Source of the DNA: Chiloscyllium plagiosum
Taxonomy: Eukaryota
Assembly: GCF_004010195.1 (NCBI RefSeq)
Contig: NC_057718.1
Location: 102,985,566-103,049,565, forward strand
Length of the DNA: 64,000 nucleotides
Reading direction: 5' to 3'
Of the stretch, positions 47,096-59,988 are shown piece after piece. A program made the translations under genes and the position numbers. Within the stretch, counting starts at the first letter, position 1, and every line of letters begins with the position of its first letter. The notes beneath the pieces were generated by a model, which had not been told where the DNA came from, made no database searches, and saw only the letters and a program-made list of their open reading frames with translations.

Positions 47096-47371
47096 CACAC
47101 ATCGGGAGCTTACTCTGCCATTCCCTGCAAAACTGTCACTGAGTCTCCTTTGACTGCACTCTCCCAAAAAAAATCCAACCTTCCAACTCCGAGATGAGAA
47201 CAGGGAGTAAAACCGGGAGTTAATCTGGACCAGGATTAAATGTAGGAAAAGGCTCAATGAACTCATAAGAGCATCCAATTTATGTACAACTCTTCATTTC
47301 CTTCAAGAGGCGGAGAGCCCAAAATCTGCTGATTTCCAATCCCAAAGATTGACTCCTATCCACCATAGTTG

Positions 47372-47660
47372 TCATAGAATCCTTTACAGTGTGGAAGCAG
47401 GCCATTCAGCCCATCAAGTCCACACTGACCCGCTGACGAGAATTCTACCCAGACCCCTGCCCCTCTACCCCCATAACCCTGCATTTCCCATAACCTGCAT
47501 GCCTTTGGACTGTGGGAGGAAAGTGGAGCGTCCAGTGGAAACCCCATGCAGACACAGGGAGAATGTGCAAACTCCACACAGACAGTCACCCATGGCTGGG
47601 ATCAAACCCAGGTGCCTGTTGCTGTAATGCAGCAGTGCTAACCACTGAGCCACTGTGCCA
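47372..47660 (-). mobile_element. HE1-type V-SINE
   Basis: Reverse complement of head, V-domain and tail. Confidence 0.85.
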
Positions 47661-47924
47661 CAATCTGCATGGATTGGTAGCAATTGGCTTGGTAAAGACT
47701 ATTCTCCTGAAATACTGCTCTTCAGATAGATCCAAGAATGAGATACCTGGTCTGTACACCTCTGCATGGCTACAGTCGATTACTTACTTTATCTGATTCC
47801 TCCAATAGACCCAACTGCTCCCCACGCTGGTTACTGATGGCATTGCTTTTAGAGATATCCCTGCAGCAACTCTGAGTTCACTTCTCTCACTCCATTCAAA
47901 TACAACAGATATGAGAAACAGATA

Positions 47925-48390
47925 GAAACATAAACATAGATAATAGGAGCAGGAGCAGGCCATTCAGCCCTTCAAACCTGCTGTGCCATTTTATATGACC
48001 ACGGCTGATCATCCAACTCAGTCCCTTGTTCCCACTTCCTTTGAATGTACTTTGGTTCCATTAGCCCCAATACGTCTAAATTCTTCTTGAAAACACTCAA
48101 TGTTTTGGCCTCAACTGCTTCCTGTGGCAGAGAGTTCCACAGGATCATGACTTTCTGGGTGGAGACATTTCTCCTCATCTCCGTCCTAAATGGCCATAGC
48201 CTTACTGTGTTTGCTAGGGCTGGACTCCCCATTTGTTGGAACTGTCCTTAACGTGTTTGCCCTGTCTGATCCTGGTTGAAGCAAATACGTTTCTATAAGA
48301 TGCCCCACATTATTCTGAACTGCAGTGAATGTAGCTCTAACCGATCCAGCCTCTTTCATACATCGGTCGTGCCAACCCAGGAATCAATCC
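47925..48390 (-). mobile_element. CR1-type 3' fragment
   Basis: FRTEMRRNVSTQKVMILWNSLPQ. Confidence 0.78.
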
Positions 48391-48509
48391 AGAGTTTAGA
48401 GAAAGGCAAAACTAATCTCAGTCAGCAGTGGGATGCTTTCCTACCAATATGAACATGCAAAATAGTAGCAGGAGTGGGCCATTCACCTCTATAAGTGTGT
48501 CCTACCATT

Positions 48510-49172
48510 TAACATAGAGTCATAGAGATGTACAGCACGGAAACAGACCCTTCAGTCCAACTTGTCCATGCCGACTAGATATCCCAACCTAATCTCATCC
48601 CATTTGCCAGCACTCAGCTCAAGTCCTTCCAAACCCTTCCTATTCATACACCCATCCATATGCCTCTTAAGTGTTGCAATTGTACCAGCCTCCACCACTT
48701 CCTCTGGCAGCTCATTCCATACATGCACCACCCTCTGAGTGAAAAAGTTGTCCTTTAGGTCTCTTTTGTATCTTTCCTCTCTCACCCTAAACCTGAGCCC
48801 TCTATTTCTGGACTCCCCACTCCAGGGGAAAGACCTTGCTTATTTATCTGATCCATGCCCCTCATGATTTTATCAACCTCTATAAGGTCACCCCTCACCC
48901 TCTGATGCTCCAGGGAAAACAGCCCCAGCCTGTTCAACCTCTCCTTGTAGCTCAAATCCTCCAACCCTGGCAACATCCTTGTCAATCTTTTCTGAATCCT
49001 TTCAAGTTTCACAACATCCTTCCTATAGGACGGAGTCCAGAACTGCACGCAATATTCTAAAGGTGGTCTAACCAACGTCCTGTCCACCCACAACATGACC
49101 TTCCAACTCCTGTACTCGATAATCTGACCAATAAAGGAAAGCATACCAAACACCTTCTTCACTATTCTATCT
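48510..49172 (-). mobile_element. Young CR1 3' fragment
   Basis: KKVFGMLSFIGQ...LEYCVQFW...FFTQRVVHVWNELP; tail present. Confidence 0.93.
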
Positions 49173-50514
49173 TTTGAATTATGGAGATTTCAAAAGGACT
49201 GGCATGAGCTCTCCATTTTTGTGAGTCATCTTATGTTTCTAAGACATATTGAAACACACTACTGACACATGGAGTATGATGGGGATCTCATCACTAACCC
49301 TCATGGACTATGAGAGTCCCACTCCACCAATCCCCATGCTGACCTTTCGCTCATGAAAAGGCAGATTTGCTGCCACCATCTTCCTCTTAAGTTGTGGCCT
49401 ACTGCATGTGCACTGTCTTGTGCAGCTTTTGTCTTAATCAAGCTGCAGTTTATTGTCTGATAGGAACCAGATCCAAGTTACACGAGAGTGTGGTAGACAT
49501 TTTTCGTAAGACAATAGAGAGATCTACAACATGGCTCTTTCATCTTCAAGATCCAAAGATGTTCTTCCATCCAAATGCCTATGACATCATCACATTGGGT
49601 GGAGCTTTATGTACTCAACATTAACCCTTTCAGAATCAAACACATTAACCCTTTCAGAACCAAACAGATGAACTCTTTTCAGAATCAAAAATTGTGTGCA
49701 ATATTATTTTCAAAACATTTGACTTATGTATTGTGAAGAGGTTGAGTTTGTGTTCACCTCACTGCATTGCTAGCATAAGGGTAACTAATCCATCCCCCCA
49801 GGATCAGGCTGTGCAGGACTCAATCCCAAAGATAAAGTGAGTTCCCTGGTTCATTGCATGTTGGGTAAAGAGATCCCCATTCTACAAACCTGACTATCAC
49901 TTCCTTCTGATTGGCTTACACTGTTCTCCAAGATTCACATTGTATCATGTGATATTTGTATCACAGAAACAGGCCATTCAACTGGACTGATCCATGCCAG
50001 CATTTATGTTCAATCCAGTCTCATCGTACCCCTCCATATCTCACTCTATCTACATGCTACAGGGCAGTAGCTCACCAACTCTCCTTATTTACTACCACTC
50101 AAATCTCTGCCATTGAGAAGGACAAGAGTACTGGATACATAGGGACAACATGATGAGAGGAGACCTCATTAAAACAGAGACTTGAGGAGTTACTGCCCTG
50201 TATCTTGTTAATGGAGTGCGACATAGCAGGTTACAATGAGTGTCCATAAACACTGGCATGGAGCAGTCCAGTTGCATGGTCTGTGTCTGTGATATAAGTA
50301 ACACATAGGGACTACAATTTCCTCTCCAAGTCACTCACCATCCTGACTTAGAAACATACTGTCATTCCTTCACTGGCGCTAGGTCTAAATCCAGGTACTC
50401 TGGGTGTCCCTACTCCCAAAGACTGCAGTAGTTCAAGAAGTCAGCTCACCACCACCTGCTCTATGTGGGCTGTATACATACCATAGACAATCCTTCTTAC
50501 CTGCTCATAGGAAA

Positions 50515-51135
50515 GGTGGTATTATCACTGAACTGTTAACCCAGAGACCCAGGTCATGTTCTGGATTTATTTGAGGGAGGCACAATGATGTCCTTTGATC
50601 AGTTAGCACAGAAAAGTGAGCTATCTAACAGAGACCTCTTTCGTCTTTTCAAGTTAGGGATTTTATTTTTTAAAAAAACTACACTTTTGACTGATCTCTA
50701 CAATCCGACATAGAGAGGAGTCTTGGGTTTGAACCCCACCACAGCAGATGGTGGAATTTGAATTCAGTTAAAAATCTACAATTAAGAGTCTAATGATGAC
50801 CATGAATCTATTGCCAATTGTTGGGGAAGAAACCCCATCTGCTTCACTAATGCCCTTTAGGGAAGAAAGCTACCATCCTTTCAGAGCAGATGCTGGAATC
50901 TGTACTTCAAACAATAAATGCTGGAGATCACAGCATCCAAGGAGAGAGAGCCAGCTAATGTTCTGAGTCTATGTGACTCTTCATCAGAACTCTGTCAATC
51001 TGCAGCATTTGTTGTTTTCAAATTGGCATCGTTACCTGGTCTGGCCTACATGTGACTCCACACCCATGGCAATGTGAACAACTAGAGATGGGCAGTAAAT
51101 GCTGGCGTTTGCAGTGATACCCTCATCCCATGAAT
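50515..51135 (+). mobile_element. SINE-B interrupted by an L1 fragment (50564-50718) and a family C insert (about 50883-51020)
   Basis: SINE consensus resumes after each insert. The family C insert has agtt-ctgatga-a-gagtc-acata-gactc on minus (50953-50991). Confidence 0.7.
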
Positions 51136-51774
51136 TAATAATAAAGAAAAAGAGGGTCTGGTCTCTCTTAGCAACTGGATGACCTTTGGGTTATTTTGAA
51201 ATGAAAAAGTTTACCCACTGAATTTAAGGGTGGGTCAAAGTGTAGTAGTGGTTGGAATTTCAGATCCTGCAGTTAGAAATGATTTATTCAGTCCCTCCTT
51301 CAAGAGAGAAGGGAAGCTACTGAATCCTTGTTTTGGAACAGCTCTGTATCTTAACTGGAAGAGCCAATCTGCGATGCATTAGTTTTCATCACCTTTCTCT
51401 TAATCCATATGATCTGTTGATGCTCCAATTATATATCAGAAGCTGTTGAAATATCTCTAGAAGCCACCAACATTGCTGTAAAAGATGCTTGTTTCTGGGA
51501 GCTTAGATGGTGTTCCTTTCTTCCACAGAACAGAAATGTGGAGGTAATCATTTTAACTCTGTCCACCCAGCATTGCTTCCTGTCGTGGTGCATGTTCCAG
51601 AAGGTCAATAAATCAAGGACAGAACTGGAGCTAATCTTTGCACCCTGTATATTTATTTGCAGGGTTGAATATTACAAACATAAACCTCCTGACCCAGCAA
51701 ACACAGTCGTGACCCAATTAATATCCCTCAGCTGCACAAACCATTAAATAAAATTAAATATAATTAAAGTGAAG

Positions 51775-52010
51775 GCTATTGTGGTACAGTGGTAGTGTCC
51801 CTACCTCTGAGACAGGTAGGGATTACCTGGTCTAGTGATGTGTCATACCATCTCTGCACAGGTTGATTAGAAATATCCATAGCTAGTCGTGAGGGTTCTT
51901 ATGGCACACTGATAGAGTCCCTATATCTGAGCCAGAGGTCTTTGTTCAAGTCCCACCTGCTCCAGAGGTGTCTCATGCCATCTGTGAGCTGGTTGATTTG
52001 GAGAATATCT
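51775..52010 (+). mobile_element. Two adjacent SINE-C copies
   Basis: Both resemble 11900-12018 (gtccctacctctgag...ggttgatt). Confidence 0.65.
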
Positions 52011-52083
52011 GTGATTAATAGTGTTACCTGTTCTATTCCTTTTAGAAATGGAGTTTTGCTTATTCATATCTTAACTTGAAGAG

Positions 52084-52191
52084 TTAACCTGTGCTGTATT
52101 AATTAATATTAATTAACCTGTGCTGTATTAGTTATTATTAACTAAATTGTGCTGTATTAGTTATTATTAATTAAACTGTGCTGTATTAGTT
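52084..52191. repeat. 29-bp AT-rich minisatellite, about 3.7 copies
   Basis: Unit ttaacctgtgctgtattagttattattaa. Confidence 0.9.
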
Positions 52192-53431
52192 TTCCCACCT
52201 TCCTTTCAATCCCTAAAGTCTGTTGATGGACCAATTCAAACAGCTCACACCAGAGATAGGAGAGGGTCTTAGCAGTATATATGGAGGTCAGGGTCCTCTG
52301 ATGTAAGTTGGACGCCAACACCATCTTACGTGAGGTGGCAGAAACCTGGTTTTACACTCAAGCTCCCTGAAAGGCCCTGGCTTTGTTCTCTCAGAGTCAC
52401 TGAAGCAGTAATGTCTCACTCGTATGGCATTGCAACATAAGACCACCTACCCCTTTCAGTTCAGACTGAAGAGGATCTTTGCACCGGGGAAGAGGCAACC
52501 AGCAGTCTGTCTGTAGGTTGCTTCCTGGCATGAGCACGACAAGTAAATTGGGTCGATAGTCTCTGGAATTCAGAAGAATCGAAATATCAAAAAGTTCTGA
52601 AGGGATTTAGAAAGGTAAATACTGACAGATTGTAGCCCCTACACAGTATTAGGATAAGGTGCTGAGCACTTAAGACTGAGATAAGAAGAAAACTCTTCAC
52701 ATAGCGGGCTGGGAATCTTTACCCCGGAGGGTAGTGGATGCCTCATCACTGAAAATATTTAAAACGGGGAGAGACAGGGTTTTAATCTCTTGGGGAATCA
52801 GGCGAGATGGGAGCCAGTGGAAAAGTGGTCCTGATTTAGAGGTTCATTCTAGATCAAGTGCTGGCAAATGGGACTAGATTAATTTCGGATATCTGGTCGG
52901 CCTGGACGAGTTGGACCGAAGGGTCTGTTTCCGTGCTGTATAGCTGTATAACTCTATGACTCTATGATTCACAGAACATACTTTACCACATCTATCACAT
53001 TGGGTCAACAAGGGCCTTTTACACTCAATGTCACAGATCAACTCAAAGAATAATCATTTCCTGATTTCCCCACTCCTGCCACCTTACTGAGGAGTGGAAC
53101 CAGATACTCCAGTCATTGCTGAGAATAGAGGGATTTTCTCACAGGTTGGGTTTGTACTCTGAGTTCAGGAGGTTGAGACAAGACCTCACTAAAACATATA
53201 AGATCCTTCAGGGACTTGACAGGGTGGGTACGGGCAGGTTGCTTCCCTTTGTGAGAGAATCTAGTGCCAGAGGACTTCATCTCAGAACAAGATGTCTCAC
53301 AGTTAAGACAAAGATGAGGAGGAATTCTTCTGTCAGGGAAGTGTATCGTTGGATTTCTCTACCACACAAGGATGCTGAGGCTGGGTCTTTAAGGGTATTC
53401 AAAGCTGAGACAGACTTTTTTAATTAAGAAG

Positions 53432-53606
53432 CCACGAGGAGGTGCTGGTGTTGAACTGGGGTGGGCAAAGACAGAAGTCACACGACACCAGGATATAGTC
53501 CACAAAGGAGCAGCGCTCTGAAAGCTTGTGATTTTAAGCAAGCCTGCTGTCATGTAACTTCTGTCTTTGTCTGCCCCAGTCCAATACCAGCACTTGCATG
53601 TCATGA
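53432..53606. mobile_element. Penelope-like family B inverted pair
   Basis: Minus arm 53432-53502; plus arm starts aaggagcagcgctctgaaagcttgtg (hammerhead lacking CUGA). Confidence 0.72.
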
Positions 53607-53938
53607 TAACAATCGACACCACAAACTGCCAGCTCAAAGTGGACAGGATCTCCAAGAAGATCACACATATCGACACAAAAGAGACGTATAGGACAGGAAC
53701 AGGCCCTTCAGCCCTCCAAACCTGTGAAAATGCCCTAACTAAACAGAAAAACAAACCTTCTGCCTTTATTTGGTCACTATCCCTCTATTCTCTCCCTGTT
53801 CGTGTAACCATCCAGATGCCTCTTAAATGTCCCCAGTGTGCCTGCTTCCACCACCTCCCCTGGCAGTGTGTTCCAGGCTCCTACCACTCTCTGCATGAAA
53901 AACCTTCCTCACACAGATCCCTTTAACTTTTCCCCTCT

Positions 53939-54062
53939 GGATGTAGGTTTGTTCGCTGAGCAGGAAGGTTCATTCCCAGACGTTTCGTCACCCTACTAGG
54001 TAACATCTTCTACATTTACATCCAGAATCTCAACCTGAGCTACAAATCTTCTCAAAACTTGC
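53939..54062. mobile_element. Penelope-like family D inverted insert within a CR1 3' fragment (53670-54087)
   Basis: Minus strand gaaga-t-gttacc-tagtag-ggtgac-gaaa-c-gtc (53979-54010); flanks tttcccctct and tttcctctc resemble a TSD. Confidence 0.6.
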
Positions 54063-54499
54063 ATTTCCTCTCCCACCTTGAACCTGACACCAAGTTTCTA
54101 CACTTCACCTACTGAAGAAGCAGTGCTCTGAAATCTTGTGATTTTGTTTTTAAACATATTTTGATTGAAAAACAGGTACTTTAATATTACAACAAATACA
54201 AAACAATACAATTCAAAACAATACAAAGAAAGAACACCAAAAAAATGTAAAAACCCAAACTGCCCTCATGTACAAATATATAAATATGTATAAAAAATAT
54301 TTTAAAAACTCAACTAACTAAACTAAATAAATAATAACTAACAACATACTAATAAGTTATCATACAGTTCAGCAAAAGAAAATACTGACTCTCGAATATC
54401 GAGAGCATTAATTTTCACCTATTCATACGTTCGCAGATCCCTCTCTCTGGATATTGGACTCATAAAACACAATCATTACGGCTATATAAAAGCCATTGT

Positions 54500-57480
54500 T
54501 AGTATGGCAGACAAATCTGTATCCTGGTTGTTCAAAAAGGGCCACCATGTCCTCTAAAAATTCTCAGTTTTGTGGTGTACCATATTTGTGAGAAATTCCA
54601 AGGGGATATGCTCCATAACAATCTTATGCCAACCCGACAGGCCCTGGGGATTTTTGGACACCCAACCTAATGAGATATTCTTCCTTGCACTGAAAGTGAG
54701 GATGTTGAAAAGTTACTTACAGGCAACACACCCTTACACTCAAAGTCCTCTCCATTGCACCCGTCACAGCGCTCCAATGTGTTTGAAGCCTACCACAGGA
54801 CCAGAGACAATGGGTAAGAGTGCCCGTACAGCCCGTACAGACCTTGCACTTGGGATATGTTGAAGATACCCCTGGTTTAAATTTTGACAAATGGTCCAGA
54901 GCCAAATGGACCCTGCGGAGAATCTTAAACTAGTAGAAAGTGAGGACTGCAGATGCTGGAGATCAGAGTTGACAGTGAAAAGCACAGCAGGTCAGGTAGC
55001 ATCCGAGGTGCAGGAGAATCGATGTTTCAAGCACAGGCCTGTCATCAGGAATAATGAAGAGTTTCTACCTGAAGAGCTTATACCTCTATGTCAGATTTGT
55101 AGGGATCAGTCAAAAGTGTAGTCTTTTTTTGAATAAAGTCCCTAACTTGAAAAAAAAATCCCTGTTAGATTATTCGTATTTCCGTGCTAACTGATCATAG
55201 GACTGATCATTGTGTCTCCCTCAAATAAATCACCCCTGCAAGACACACCCCTAGCTGCCCAACATTTGAACCCTGAATCTATCATCCCTGGTTGAAAACC
55301 TGGCATACCCACTATAGGTGTAAATAAAGATGCTTTGCCAATATTGCATTCCCTCTGCCAAATTGCCCTCCATGCTTTAACAGTCTGGGTAACTATTGGG
55401 TTATGGGAATATTCCCTAACTCTCCTCATTTTGTCTAGAAACAGCAAGCTGGTAAGGGAGTAACTTTGACATCTAACCATATTGAAAGAGGGTCCCCGAA
55501 GGACCAATCACTCACTTAAGATAAAGCAAGCTTAGTTGGTAGCTTTTAATGTCTGGGACGTCCACTCCCCCCAGTCTGTGAGGCAACTGCAGTTTGACTA
55601 ATTTAATGATGGGCCACTTACGATGCCAAATAAAGGAGCTGAACCAACCATTCAGTCTCCTGAATGTTTGCTTATCGAAAATCAGGGGGAGCATCCATAT
55701 CGGGTATAACAAACGGGGGAGAATATTCATCTTAATAATCACTATCTGACCCAACCACGAGACTGGAAGCGCCTGTCATCTCTAAAGGTCTTGTTTGAAT
55801 TTGTCGAATAATTGAACAAATTAGCTTTGAACAATCGATCCAGAACTGGAGTGATGAACATGCCCAAATAACAACCCCCCCCCCCCCCCGTGACCACTTA
55901 AATGGGAATTGATATTCGCCCTCAAGACCCAGCTCCTTCGTAAGACCACCCATGGGTATAGCCTCTAATTTTGCAAAATTAATCTTGTCCCCCGAAAAGG
56001 CGCCAAACGCACAGATGCATTGTATGAGGCGAGGCACTGAAACTGCTGGATTTGACAAAAAAATTAGGACATCGTCCATATACAGTGAAATCGTATGTGC
56101 TTTTGACCCCACTTCTGGAGCTGATATATTGGGATCCCTACTAATGGCTTCCACCAATGGTTCAATCACCAGCCATGGTGAAAGGGAAACAGCCCTGCTG
56201 GCTGCCCCTAAAAATGTTAAAATTGCTTGATCATACCCCAGTGGAGATGACCACAGCAAGAGGGTCACTGTTGAGAACCTTTACCCACCTTATAAAGGCT
56301 TTGCCCAAGCAAAACCACTGTAGAGTATAGAACAGGTACGGCCACTCAACTGAGTCAAGTGTCTTCTCTGCATCTTGAGAAATCACCAGTCCCTGTGTTG
56401 ACTGTTGTTGACATACTTGAATTACGTTAAGCGGTCTCCTAACATTATTGGAGAATCTGCGGCCCCTTATGAAGCCCGTCTGGTCCTCTTTAACAATAGA
56501 AGGTAACACAGTCTCCAGCCTTAATGCAAGAGTCTTGGAGAGGACTTCAAAGTCCACATTTAAGAGTGAGATGGGTCTGTACGAAGCACAGTCCTCCGGG
56601 ACCTTCCCTTTTTAAAGAATAAGCAAAATATTGACTTCTCTTACAGATGCAGGATATAATCACGACTGTATAGTCATTAAACATATTGAGCATCGGGCCT
56701 GATAATATGTTTATAAATTCCTTATAGAATTCGCTGGGAAGTCCATCAGGACCAGGCGCCTTCCCACTCTGAAGCTGCTTCACAGCCTCCTGCACCTCTT
56801 GCTCTGATAAGGGGGCATTGAGAAAGGACTCTTGTCAGGGGTCACGCCCGAGAGCTCCAGATCCTTATAAAAGGATTCCATTTTGGCCCGTCCCTCCTTA
56901 CAATCCTCAGATTGGAATAATTCAGAGTAAAATCTCAGGAATGCCGCATTAATCTTTTTGGAATCACATGTTAGGTTCCCAGACCCTTCCCTAATTGCCG
57001 TAATGGCTTGAGGGGCGCTCCTTTTCCTGGCGAGATACTCTAGGTACTTGCCAGGTCTGTCACCATGCTCATATAACCTCTGTCTTGCAAAAGTAAGCTC
57101 CTTCTTGCTGTCTCCACGAGCACAGAATTCAATGCAGACTGTAGCGCCGTAATCCTCTGTAGCTTGACCAACGAGGCCCTGTCAAAGTAAGCCTGCTCGG
57201 CTGCCTTCAACCGTGCTTCGAGTTGTTGCTGCTTGCCCTTCTGCCACTTCCTACAGGCAGAGTAGGAAATAACTAACCCCCTGGCATAGACTTTGGCAGT
57301 TTCTCAAAGGACGGACAGGCTACTAACCAAGCCTGAGTTAATATCTCGGAACGCCTGAAATTCCCTCGAGAAATACTCCACAAGCCTATTATTCTTAAGG
57401 ATAAAGGGATCCATTTGACAGTGCCTCGGGCCCACTGTAACATCCTAAATCTTAACCAACAGGTACACTGGAGCATGACC
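54500..57480 (-). pseudogene. L1 ORF2 remnant (end of endonuclease, RT, cysteine-rich C-terminus)
   Basis: HAPVY, GKAPGPDGLPSEFYK, EDQTGFIRGR, QDAEK, SLYMDDVL, KINFAK, PKCK...LTHCLWSC. Confidence 0.9.
54934..55053 (-). mobile_element. Family A Penelope-like insert within the L1
   Basis: Minus strand begins attc-ctgatga-caggcctgtgctt-gaaa-catc; tail matches 34345-34442. Confidence 0.75.
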
Positions 57481-57514
57481 AACATGTCTATTTGCACATA
57501 CTAAATCGTTCAGA

Positions 57515-58327
57515 TTAGATTAATTTGTCCACCAAGTCTCTTGCCTTCTCGGACGTGTCAACGAGATGTACGGATCCATCTAAGGTGATCCGAAGCACTG
57601 CCGGATACCTCAGAGAGTACTGGATCCCAAGCTCCCTCAGTCTTCTCTTGACACCATCATAGGTGTTTTGTTTCTGCATCACCGCCGCTGAGCGGTCCTG
57701 GAAGAACATGATCTTGGAGCCCTCGTAAAGAAGGGCCTTCGGATCCTTCCCCTGGATTCTGGAAACTTCCACGATTCTCTCCTTATCTCTAAAGTGATGA
57801 AACAGAACCAGGAGAGGACGAGGATGTTGACCCAGACCTGACCTCCATACCGTGACCCGGTGAACCCTCTCAATCTTCAAGCCTCTCACGCCAGCGTCCA
57901 AGTTAAGGAATTTCAGCAACCAGTCCTCAATAAGTTCCACCAGCCACTCACCTTCCTGACCCTCCGGCAGACCGACAATCCTAATATTTCTTCTCTTGCC
58001 CCTGTTCTCAACGTCATGCACTTGATCATGCAAACTACGGACCTGCCTCCCCAGGGCTTGGATCCTATCCTTGGAGGAACTGGCATCAGCTTCCACCACT
58101 GTGACCCTGTGTTCTAACTCATCGGTCCTCTTCTCCAGGTCTCCCAACTGCAGTTCATGCTTCTGCAGTATGATAGATATTGGACCAGCTTCTCCTCTAT
58201 CTGCTTCCCCAACATCATGTGAGACTTTGAGAGCTCCTTCACGAGGGGCCGGTAGGTAATTGAGTCCGAGGATCCTGCAGGCTGGGCCGCTGTCCGCCTC
58301 GGACGCTCCTCCTCCCTTCTTTGGCAT
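57515..58327 (-). CDS. L1 ORF1p (coiled-coil, RRM, CTD), probably non-functional
   Basis: 270-aa ORF with heptads, then DVENRGKRRNIRIVGLPE, IERVHR, PRPLLV.FH.FRDKE, YSLRYPA.L. Confidence 0.85.
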   Translation of the reverse strand: MPKKGGGASEADSGPACRILGLNYLPAPREGALKVSHDVGEADRGEAGPISIILQKHELQLGDLEKRTDELEHRVTVVEADASSSKDRIQALGRQVRSLHDQVHDVENRGKRRNIRIVGLPEGQEGEWLVELIEDWLLKFLNLDAGVRGLKIERVHRVTVWRSGLGQHPRPLLVLFHHFRDKERIVEVSRIQGKDPKALLYEGSKIMFFQDRSAAVMQKQNTYDGVKRRLRELGIQYSLRYPAVLRITLDGSVHLVDTSEKARDLVDKLI

Positions 58328-59676
58328 CCCTGCATGACGAAAACCAAGGCAAGTTGCTTCTGACAGTTTCCTGGGACTCCACGACCTTTCCAGAGAGCCA
58401 GAATATTGCGGTGGTCTGGGTAGGGCAGGTCAGGACTATCTCCCGCTTACGATGCGGTGCGGAGCTCTGAAACACAATCTTCCTAGATCGCCGCCATCTT
58501 GCAACCCCCTGAAATCTTGTGATTTTAAATAAACGGTTGGACTATAACCTGGTGTTATGTGACTGTTGACTTAATTAGTAAGAGAATCAAGAGTTATAAG
58601 GAAATGACAGGAAACGGTATTGATGATGATCAGCTCAGCCACAATCTCATTGAATGGCAGCGCAGACGCGATGGGCTGAATGGCCTACTGCTGCTTCTCT
58701 GCCTTTTGATTTTATGGACTGGTGCTGAACATTACATAATCATCAGCGGACATCCCACTTCTGAACCTGTGCTGAGACCTGAGTCATATCACAGGGCAAT
58801 TTATTGTAAGATTTCCAGATCTTGCTTGACTGAGTTAGCAGGTACAGAAGAGATAGAGTGCCCTCTGCAAAAAGGTAAAGCAGCAGGGTGTTTATTGTAA
58901 CAACTGGCCCCACTGAATCCAAATGGCAGGACTGAAATCAATACAGTAGTTAACTCTTCTTCAGTAAAAGAACAGGAAAACCCAAGCGAGAATAATAGAT
59001 ATGTAGTGGTGAGCTACAGAGTGGAACAGATCATTTGGGATCTGTTATAAGGCCACAGTGCACATCTTGAAAAACCAGCCAGAAAAGAAAGCAGTGTGAC
59101 GTTCCACTGTAACTTTTATTAGCCGTCAGCGATACCATTCCAGGCTAACAGTAAGCACATTATAATGGCCATAAAATAAAAATGGACACAATTTTAAAAT
59201 GTAATAAATAACAGGCACATTTGCAGCAGATTAATCTCAGGCTTCTCCAGATATTCGTAAAATATTCACTTAGGATTTATGATAATAAGGAAGAAAGTGT
59301 TGAGTGGCCCACTGTGTTTTACTGCTTGCCATCTTTGCAGCATAATACAACATAGTCAAGAGCAAAAGCTTTTCAAAAGCATATGCCACCGGCTCACTCC
59401 GACTTGCACCATCTTTTTATGATTTAACATACTCTGGTTTATGGTATTACTTTCATCTTCTATCATTGGAATAACCATTGGAATAACCATTGGCAACAGT
59501 TCCACGAAATCAGGGAGATTTCAAGGCCTAGAATTTGCTGTCAAAATTAACAGTGAGGCCAGCAACGCCGAGGGAGATTGGCTGATCTCTAGAAATCGGA
59601 AAGGCGGCTGGATTGGTTGTACTGTTCTGCTGTTAACTTTGTGCAAACAACATCAAACTGTTTGCCTCCCTGTTGT

Positions 59677-59988
59677 GGGCGGCACGGTGGCACAGTGGTT
59701 AGCACTACTGCCTCACAGCGCCACAGACCTGGGTTCAATTCCCGCCTCAGACGACTCTCTGTGTGGAGTTTGCACATTCTCCCCGTGTCTGCGTGGCTTT
59801 CCTCCGGGTGCTCCGGTTTCCTCCCACGGTCCAAAAATGTGCAGCTTAGATGAATTGGCCATGCTAAATTACCCATAGTGTTAGATGAAGGGGTAAATGT
59901 AGGGGAATGGGTCTGGGTGGGTTGCACTTTGGTGGGTCGGTGTGGACTTGTTGGGCCGAAGGGCCTGTTTCCACACTGTAAGTAATCT
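59677..59988 (+). mobile_element. HE1-type V-SINE, full length, little CpG decay
   Basis: gggcggcacggtggcacagtggttagc head, B box ggttcaattcc, V-domain, tail gggccgaagggcctgtttccacactgta. Confidence 0.92.

Larger units (their letters stand above)
54146..58508 (-). mobile_element. L1-clade LINE with both ends, internally deleted
   Basis: Exact 18-bp TSD ctgaaatcttgtgatttt (54128-54145 and 58509-58526), L1-type ORF1, RT remnants, CCHC C-terminus, AT-rich 3' UTR. Confidence 0.93.

Noticed and set aside
59441..59927. ORFs of 112-145 aa
   Set aside because: They run through the HE1 SINE; the same peptides recur at other HE1 copies.
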